From Macrostomum hystrix (taxonomy: Eukaryota > Animalia > Platyhelminthes): a stretch of DNA of 64,000 bases. Each line of letters opens with the position of its first letter. Positions within the stretch are counted from its first letter, which is position 1. The stretch covers positions 10,230,001 to 10,294,000 of the forward strand of contig CATNEN010000039.1 of the NCBI GenBank assembly GCA_950097015.1. Reading direction: 5' to 3'. The notes below the pieces were generated by a model. It did no database searches, was not told the origin of the DNA, and saw only the letters and a program-made list of their open reading frames with translations. A program made the translations under genes and the position numbers. Positions 50,401 through 59,247 of this stretch are shown here, piece after piece.

Positions 50401-53400
50401 TCGCAGCAAGCGTTTTTACTGGAATCTCAGCAAGCGTTTTCACTGGAATCTCAGCAAGCGTTTTCACTAGAATCGCAGCAAGCATTTTCACTGGAATCGC
50501 AGCAGGTTTGTTGACAACAAAGCGAGCATTCTGTTTCTATTGCAATTGATTTTAGGTAGAAAAAAATAAAAACAACAATTTAGGCTTACACTAAAACAGT
50601 TGGATGTTGCTGACGTCGCGCTGATGGCTGCTGCTGCTGCTGTTGCTGTCGATGATCCCCAATAGAAAATGCCGCCACGCTGTGCTGCGCGGAATCGAGG
50701 CCGCCGTCCCCAGTCGCGCCATCTGCTAAAAGCGACAGAGCCAGAAACGGAGTGTAGGGCAGCGCCGGCTGGTACTTGCTGCGCTCGGCGTCTGACCGCT
50801 TCTCAACCTTCTCCCGGTCCGTTTTGTGCTTCCGATCCGCACCCTTCGGCTTGAACACCTTCACCTAGGGAGGTCAGGATTGTGGCGTACCTGGATGAAA
50901 TCACACCTGTTCCACGCCTATTATGTTCCCAATTTAACCTCTGATGATCCCATTATAACCTCTTATGATCTCATAATAACCTCTAATGATCCCATCACAC
51001 TTCTTATGATCCCATTACACTAGTGTTAATCTCATTACACTTCTGATGATTCCATTGAGGCAGTGAATAATTAGGAAACTTTCTAATTTTGAATTCCCGC
51101 CACTTTTTCTCACGCGCTAGCTATTTGTCGTAACCTCACGCAGCGCTCTTTGTTCGTTGTGTGCGCACTCAAGCGGGACATGCACCCACCCCAGTTTTGG
51201 TATATATATACAGAGAATATAATGCGATCTTTACCTGTTTGACCTGCTTTACGTTCTCAACGTTTTGCTCTACGTTCGATACAACCTATACAAAATATAA
51301 GCTATTCCACTTCCTACCTCTTTCCCTGTTTCGCTATTAAATAAAACGAATTCCTTAGTTATTTTCCTAATAGGAGTAAAACAGATAGATCCCTTTACCT
51401 CTCCAATCCTCTCCCATTGATCTCTCATCGGCCTTCTTCACCCAAATCCACCCTATTATATGACCCCTTTGTAACCCCAAAATACCGCCCTAAAATCCCA
51501 ACTAAAAGTCCACCTGAAGTCTATCTGAAGTCCACCTAAGGTTCCCTAAATACCCCCGGAAGTCCCAAAACTCCGCCTTTATCCCCCTAATGAATCTGTA
51601 CTAATTCCGGACCCCATAGAGGAAAGTGAGAGAGCGAAGGACGTTCACCAGGCAACTTCGATCCATCCTGATATGCCCCACGGACTGTGCGCCCCAGATC
51701 AGTGACCTTAGCCCTCGTGCCAGCAACAGTAGTTGATTCTTCTCCCATTTTTAGTAGCTAGTGTCTTGCCGCTCGGGCATTAGCGCTACCTTTGGTATAA
51801 TCCGAACAGCGTGGAAAATACCTATTCTCACCCTCATAACTTACACTACCATCCCCCCCAAATACTCAGCTCACCAATCCCAAATCCAACAAATAGAGAG
51901 AGAGCTGAGAGGTCTGCTACACTATTATAACCTCTGATGATCCCATTATAACCTCTGATGATCCCATTATAACCTTTGATGATCCCATTATAACCTTTGA
52001 TGATTCCATTATAACCTCGGATGATCCCATTATAACCTCCGATGATCCCATTATAACCTTTGATGATCCCATTATAACCTCAGATGATCCCATCGCACTT
52101 CTTTTGATCCCAAAACAATTCTAATGATCCCATCACACTTCTGACTACAGAACATCCCACCAGAACACATGATACACTTCTTTATTCCTCATAAACCACC
52201 AACCTGAGCGGCAACGCTGCTGAGGTGGTCGGCTGTTTCGCAGTCGAATGTGTCAATCTGCAGCCGAAACGGGACGCCCTTCTCGCCGCCGTGCTTTCTA
52301 GCGGTGAACTCGGTACTGATGCAGTGCAGTTTGACAAACACGCCGCAGTCCGCCTGCCTGGCTGCCGAGGCACCGCCGCTGTTGCTATCGCTGCCACCGT
52401 CAGCCTGGCCAGGCTCAGCGGCGCCCTCCCATTCGACTTCGGCGACATTGATGCGAAACGGCACAGCGTAGACTTGGCGCGCATTGTAGGACAGGGCGGC
52501 GTCAACATCAAGAATGCGTTCACTTGGCCGGCTCTGGCGCCAATAGTCCAGGTGCTCCTTCTCCATGAACTGCATCCGGCGCTCGTGAAAGCTGACTCGA
52601 AATATGCTCTGCGTGCGGGGAGACAGACAACCAGCTGTCCAGGGTGTTTGATTGGACAGACAACCAGCTGTCCAGGGTGTTTGATTGGACAGACAACCAG
52701 CTGTCCAGGGTGTTTGATTGGACAGACAACCAGCTGTCCAGGGTGTTTGATTGGACAGACAACCAGCTGTCCAGGGTGTTTGATTGGACAGACAACCAGC
52801 TGTCCAGGGTGTTTGATTGGACAGACAACCAGCTGTCCAGGGTGTTTGATTGGACAGACAACCAGCTGTCCAGGGTGTTTGATTGGACAGACAACCAGCT
52901 GTCCAGGGTGTTTGATTGGACAGACAACCAGCTGTCCAGGGTGTTTGATTGGACAGACAACCAGCTGTCCAGGGTGTTTGATTGGACAGACAACCAGCTG
53001 TCCAGGGTGTTTGATTGGACAGACAACCAGCTGTCCAGGGTGTTTGATTGGACAGACAACCAGCTGTCCAGGGTGTTTGATTGGACACCCAACTAGAGTG
53101 TTTGATTGGACAGACAACCAGGGTGTTTGAATGGACAGACAACCAGGGTGTTTGATTGGACAGACAACTAAAGCGTTTGATTGGACAGACAACTAAAGCG
53201 TTTGATTGGACAGACAACTAAAGTGTTTGATTGGACAGACAACTAAAGTGTTTGATTGGACAGACAACTAAAGCGTTTGATTGGACAGACAACTAAAGTG
53301 TTTGATTGGACAGACAACTAAAGTGTTTGATTGGATAGACAACTAAAGCGTTTGATTGGACAGACAACTAAAGCGTTTGATTGGACAGACAACTAAAGCG

Positions 53401-56054
53401 TTTGATTGGACAGACAACTAAAGCGTTTGATTGGACAGACAACTAAAGCGTTTGACTGGACAGACAACTAAAGTGTTTGATTGGACAGACAACTAAATTG
53501 TTTGATTGGACAGACAACTAAAGCGTTTGATTGGACAGACAACTAAAGTGTTTGATTGGACAGACAACTAAAGTGTTTGATTGGACAGACAACTAAAGTG
53601 TTTGATTGGATAGACAACTAAAGCGTTTGATTGGACAGACAACTAAAGCGTTTGATTGGACAGACAACTAAAGTGTTTGATTGGACAGACAACTAAAGTG
53701 TTTGATTGGATAGACAACTAAAGCGTTTGATTGGACAGACAACTAAAGCGTTTGATTGGACAGACAACTAAAGTGTTTGATTGGACAGACAACTAAAGTG
53801 TTTGATTGGACAGACAACTAAAGCGTTTGATTGGACAGACAACTAAAGCGTTTGATTGGACAGACAACTAAAGCGTTTGATTGGACAGACAACCAGTGCG
53901 TTTGAATGGACAGACAACCAGGGTGTTTGATTGGACAGACAACTAAAGCGTTTGATTGGACAGACAACTAAAGCGTTTGATTGGACAGACAACTAAAGCG
54001 TTTGATTGGACAGACAACTAAAGTGTTTGATTGGACAGACAACTAAAGTGTTTGATTGGATAGACAACTAAAGCGTTTGATTGGACAGACAACTAAAGCG
54101 TTTGATTGGACAGACAACTAAAGTGTTTGATTGGACAGACAACTAAAGTGTTTGATTGGACAGACAACTAAAGCGTTTGATTGGACAGACAACTAAAGCG
54201 TTTGATTGGACAGACAACTAAAGCGTTTGATTGGACAGACAACCAGTGCGTTTGAATGGACAGACAACCAGGGTGTTTGATTGGACAGACAACTAAAGCG
54301 TTTGATTGGACAGACAACTAAAGCGTTTGATTGGACAGACAACCAGTGCGTTTGAATGGACAGACAACCAGGGTGTTTGATTGGACAGACAACTAAAGCG
54401 TTTGATTGGACAGACAACTAAAGCGTTTGATTGGACAGACAACTAAAGCGTTTGATTGGACAGACAACTAAAGTGTTTGATTGGACAGACAACTAAAGTG
54501 TTTGATTGGACAGACAACTAAAGTGTTTGATTGGACAGACAACTAAAGCGTTTGATTGGACAGACAACTAAAGTGTTTGATTGGACAGACAACTAAAGTG
54601 TTTGATTGGACAGACAACTAAAGTGTTTGATTGGACAGACAACTAAAGCGTTTGATTGGACAGACAACTAAAGTGTTTGATTGGACAGACAACTAAAGTG
54701 TTTGATTGGACAGAAAACCAGGGTATTTGGTTGGACAGACAACCAGCTGTCCAGGGTGATTGATTGGACAGACAACCAGCTGTCCAGGGTGATTGATTGG
54801 GCAGACAACCAGCTGTCCAGGGTGATTGATTGGACAGACAACCAGCTGTCCAGGGTGATTGATTGGGCAGACAACCAGCTGTCCAGGGTGATTGATTGGG
54901 CAGACAACCAGGGTGTTTGATTGGACAGACCAGCTTTCTCATAATTGAGCTAAAACAATGTAGCCACTAGTCCTGCAATCTCACCTTAAGCAGTCTAGGT
55001 TTGTCGCCTCTTTTGCCGTAGCTCATTTTGATTTCGTAGGATTGGCCTGTTTTTGCAAAGATAGTGGAGTATTAGTGTTGCATCCAAGCTTTTGAACCAA
55101 CTGCAGACAATAAACGAGAATAGAATCACCTTATATTGTGAATACGAGCTACCCCTCACTTTGTCATAACCTTGACGTTGTCATTACCTTCACCTTGTCA
55201 TTACCTTCACCTTGTCATTACCTTTACCTTGTCATTACCTTCACCTTGTCATTACCTTCACCTTGTCATTACCTTCACCTTGTCCTTACCTTCACCTTGT
55301 CATTACCTTCACCTTGTCATTACCTTTACCTTGTCATTACCTTTACCTTGTCATTACCTTCACCTTGTCATTACCTTCACCTTGTCATTACCTTCACCTT
55401 GTCCTTACCTTCACCTTGTCATTACCTTCACCTTGTAATTACCTTCACCTTGTCATTACCTTCACCTTGTCATTACCTTCACCTTGTAATTACCTTCACC
55501 CTGCCATTACCTTAACACTGTCATTACCCTCACCTACAGAATGACGGGCATATCAGCAGCTCACCCTGGTTCAAGTAGGTCAGCGGCTCCTCGTTGACTT
55601 TAACAGCCGGCGAGGTTCCGGCAAGCAGGACAAAGTTGAACTTGGATGCGCTGTCACTCACAACCCCGCCAGTCAATTCCAACTGCCGCTCCAGCGCCGA
55701 GAAATTCGACGACTCGCTGCCGTTGCTAGAGATGAATTTGGCGCCAATGCCGACGCCACCAGACGTGAAGCCGCCACCGCCAGGCGATAGAGACATTATA
55801 GCGTCGGACATGTTGAATGCAGACGAGGACAGATCAACGCCGAGGCCAGACAGCGAGCCCTCGAAGGTGCTGGCTAGGCCCTGGTCAATGTCGGCCATCT
55901 CCCACTCCGAGGGGTCGGCACTGAGTGTCACCGTTCGCTGCTGCTGCTGACGGGACTGCGCAGAGTTTGACGACATTGACAGCGTGAAGATGCCACTGCC
56001 GCCAACAGTGCCGGAGGAAGTTGAGGCAACTGTTGTCGACTTAGCATGAGCCAT
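44412..56054 (-). CDS. TFCP2: TFCP2/LSF/Gemini-type CP2 transcription factor (CP2 DNA-binding domain, SAM-like domain, C-terminal domain)
   Basis: Phase-consistent exons 56054-55565, 55046-54985, 52608-52204, 50864-50590, 47073-46601, 46137-45995, 44525-44412. Motifs [71 protein letters not shown]; SAM-like [30 protein letters not shown]. Confidence 0.96.
44572..45966. repeat. Intronic G-rich 42-bp minisatellite (gagtgtgtacattggggcggacggttagctggcggggtgagg)
   Basis: Fills intron 44526-45994. Confidence 0.95.
46418..46578. repeat. Short ~22-bp repeat (cccatcctccagacccatcaag)
   Basis: Tandem units next to the donor at 46600. Confidence 0.85.
47128..48455. repeat. Intronic 20-bp minisatellite (tcactctgattcacttcctg)
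   Basis: Tandem units with recurring variant blocks. Confidence 0.95.
49050..50505. repeat. Intronic 24-bp minisatellite (gcaagcgttttcactggaatcgca)
   Basis: Tandem units. Confidence 0.95.
50935..52140. repeat. 21-bp minisatellite (ctgatgatcccattataacct) split by an insertion
   Basis: Units at 50935-51055 and 51922-52140. Confidence 0.85.
51056..51921. mobile_element. Probable solo LTR (866 bp)
   Basis: Ends are TGAGGCAG...CTGCTACA (TG..CA, imperfect inverted termini). It is flanked by ccat/ctat, a 4-bp TSD with one mismatch. There is a TATA-like run at ~51201 and AATAAA at ~51340. It interrupts a minisatellite in register. Confidence 0.7.
52622..54930. repeat. Intronic 33/24-bp minisatellite (gtttgattggacagacaac core)
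   Basis: 33-bp units at both ends and 24-bp units in the middle; fills intron 52609-54984. Confidence 0.95.
55180..55530. repeat. Intronic 18-bp minisatellite (ccttgtcattaccttcac)
   Basis: Tandem units. Confidence 0.95.
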
Positions 56055-58739
56055 CGGGTCTGCTGCTTAGCTGGGTGTCGAATTGCTAGATTCTGCCAAT
56101 GCGTTTTTTATTGAAGAAATTAAATAGTAGCGATTGAAAACTTATCTATCAGCTAGTAACAAATGATTAATACTCGTGAATAGATGCCATGAACTTGTGA
56201 TTCTAGTTATGCCAAGGTCATAGAACAAAAAACAATTTTTTAAACCATGATAAAGTAAATTGAGACTTAAACAAAGCAATTTTTCTACTTTATATACTTC
56301 TAACCTATTTCTATTTATTACTATAAGTAAAAGCAGATCTCATTTTGACTTTCAAAGCTAGGAATCCTTGAACTTGCTTTAAATTTTAAGAAGAAAATCT
56401 AACTTATACATAGAAAAAGATAAATTTAGCTCTGGCTATATGCTGATTAGACTATGACAAAACACAGGGTTTATAGATCATTTAAGCTTTAACATGTAGC
56501 TAGCTAGCTACTTCTAAATAGAAATTTAACTATATTTACTGTCCTAGGCCTAGTGCATGGTGAAGATCATAAATGTAGATAGATATGAATAAATATATTC
56601 ATATCTAGGGTTGTTTGGCTGCAAATCAAATCCTTTTTGGGCCTTATAACTAGGCCCTATTTTTATCATATTGCAAGATAAAAACTAGGCCTATCTATAT
56701 GTCTTTCTTTAAGATAGGCCTAAGCAAAGTTATTTTTTTACTGTTGTAAAAAATACTAATACTAATATTGTTAAATTACTATTGGAAGGCCTAACATGTG
56801 GGATATTGTTGCTATATACCTAGGTCCCCTAACAAATTATTGGATAGTAAAAATATAGCTAAAATATTGATTGAAGTAGGCCTAATAGAGACCCAAATTA
56901 AAATTTGCTAGCCATTTTCAACTTTTTAAGCTAATTCAAGCTTAAGTCTAAAAATGTTTTTTTCAGACTGTGGCCCAGTATAGGTCTAGTAAAAAATGTT
57001 TAATTTAAAACATTATAAAGCCCTAACATTAGGGGCCCAACAGTAAATAAATAGGTTATGGATAGGCCCTAGCTAGCTAGACTTAGGTCTGACTATGTCT
57101 ACATCTAGCTGTATCTACAAATAGTTGGACACTACAGATATTTAATGACATGGGTCTACTGGTCTAGCCTAGACTCATAATCAAGTTTAATCATATTTAA
57201 TACAAAAAGGGGCCTACAATATGGGCTAAATAATGTGTATTCAGTGTATTACAAGACAAGCTGAAGCCTTGAAAGATAGGCTATAGAATATTAGGTAAGA
57301 GAGATTAAACTGTTATTGCCCTACTTTACTTAGCTAGGCTAATCAAACCAACTACCAATTATACTTTATAATTTATAGTAGGCCTAAGAAAACAGTTAAA
57401 AAGTTAAAGAACTTAAGAAAACAAGAGGGTCTACATCTTAAGATCTACAGCTCTTAAATTGGATGTTGTCAATGTCATTGTGATATTTTGTTTGCTAGTA
57501 TTCACTGATTTAGGTTTAGAACCTACTATAAAATAAATCAAGGTCAAGGAAATCCCGTGTGTGTCCGAATTTAATTCGTAGCACCAATTAAAATAAGGAT
57601 CTAGAAATTATAGTTATTTCAGGCAAATTGTAGCTAGCTATACATAATACTTAAAAATTCGAGCACACCTATACCATATAGCCTCAAAAACATAAAGTGT
57701 ACATTGACAGTTCTTAACCTAAATAAAGTAAATAAAGTTGGTATTAGTGTCAGCGCCGAATTTAAATGAGAGCGAAGCGGCTAAAAGTACATTTTCTAAG
57801 AACTTATGATCGTAATTTTTACTTTTTGAAACGGACAGCGCATGATCGATTTTTCTTTTTTGTAATATGGTTATAGTGATCTTCTTCTGCTTATGTTTAT
57901 GAAAAATCTTTACAATATTTTTGCTGACGCAATCAAAATGGAATATAATACGCCTTAATAAAGTTGCTGCACGGTCAAGAATCCGAACTTGTCTAACTTT
58001 GAGAACCTGAAAGTGATTCTGATTATAAATCGGAGGGAATAGGGTGCAGGCAACTGATCAAGTGTCACACCGACTTTAAAAAATGGGGGAAAGCGAATGC
58101 AGTACAAATGCAGCTCCTCTCACTCCATGGCGCCTTGCAGCGGTAGCCCCCAGTAGTCGATGAACCACCGAGCTCTCGATACCCTGCAGTCCACACGCCG
58201 CTGTATGTGCACATAAAAGCACGAGCAGCATCTGCTATCGGCGCGCATGATCGAATTGTCAGCTGTAGTCGCCGACGACGCGAAAGCTAATTTGGACGGT
58301 TCAAACCGCGTCGAGGGACCTCGATCAGTGTCAAATTTTTCGGTTTTGTTAGTTGTTCTTTCGTAATTTGTTATTGTTGTTGGTTTGTTTGTTGCTATTT
58401 TTGTTGCTTTATTTGTTGGTATTGTTATAGGGGCACGTAAACCGAGTGCAGGGGACTGCAGCAAGACTTCAGACTTCGATCTGGCTCGTCAAAGATTGCG
58501 CTTATGCATGACGCTTACTATTATTGCAATCTAAACTATAATCAGTGAGATAAGTCGAGCGCCTTTTATTCCTTCATGGCTGCCCTCTGAGGCCGTGGAG
58601 GTCCACTATGCTCCGCGTGCAGCCTAGCTTCTATTGGCGATGTGCGCAGTTGAAAGGTAACAAATAAGGCTGTGGGCCCTGGTTTTGAGCACATTTAGAG
58701 CTAAGGAACAACTTGATTTCGCATGCAACCCTACGTAGC

Positions 58740-59093
58740 AATAATAATTGCAGGAGGGCTGCGGGCCGTGGCACATCATTTGGTGACACTAGACCCGCAG
58801 CTAGCCAGGAGGCAATTCTGCCCATTTCGCTGACTACTAAGCACACACTCACACAGCTACTGTACGCAGGCATACGCTCACACAGGTGTGTACATCTGCC
58901 CTCACTTTCTCATTATCAAGCCGTGCACTCTCTGTTCCTTGGAGGTTGGCCCTCAATGGTGTAAATTTCACGACAAGCTACCGAGCCTTCTCTCCGCGGC
59001 TACGCCCCAAATGAATGTTGCCTCGCCGCGGAATCGAACTCAGGGACCTTGGTGCGAGAGGCAAACGCATTAACCGCTATGCCACCGACACCC
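58740..59093 (-). mobile_element. tRNA-derived SINE, apparently full length
   Basis: Minus strand: gggtgtcggtggcatagcggttaatgcg (A box) ... gagttcgattcc (B box), a unique body and an (ATT)n tail. Related fragments lie at 20420 and 21430. Confidence 0.8.
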
Positions 59094-59172
59094 CGGTTAC
59101 AAAGGATTAATAATAGCCGAGTGGTTAGAGCGACGATCGGTCGTGAGTTCGATTCTGTTATTGTTTTAGTGG

Positions 59173-59247
59173 CTTGAAGAAGGCATTGGGCATCCCATAT
59201 GCCTTCAGGGCAGCGGACATCCAACCGGATGACGCGGCTAACCAATG
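59173..59247 (+). ncRNA. HDV-like self-cleaving ribozyme candidate at the LINE 5' end
   Basis: P1 cttgaag/cttcagg; P2 cattgg/ccaatg; P3 gca/tgc; L3 tcccata; P4 gcg..catcc/ggatg..cgc; J4/2 ggctaa containing the catalytic C position. All elements are in HDV order. Confidence 0.72.

Noticed and set aside
49041-50549. Long ORFs on both strands (502 and 475 aa)
   Set aside because: Translation of a 24-bp minisatellite inside a TFCP2 intron; the unit length is a multiple of 3 and lacks stops.
50935-52140. CTGATGA in the 21-bp unit, and CTGACGA...GAAA at ~20424, suggesting hammerhead ribozyme cores
   Set aside because: The array has no GAAA or stems, and there is no room for stem II at 20424.
3786-55530. 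CRISPR-like regular repeats
   Set aside because: No unique spacers, no cas genes, and a eukaryotic intron context.
56580-56607. 12-bp perfect inverted repeat (tagatatgaata/tattcatatcta)
   Set aside because: An isolated hairpin in very AT-rich DNA with no supporting context.
58120-58464. Upstream coding exon of TFCP2
   Set aside because: A donor-like GTGAG is present, but an in-frame stop lies just upstream of the 56054 ATG and the peptide is unrecognisable; at most this is a 5' UTR exon.
59020-59093. Genuine tRNA gene
   Set aside because: The tRNA-like head has imperfect arms and continues into a repeated body and (ATT)n tail, so a SINE explains it better.
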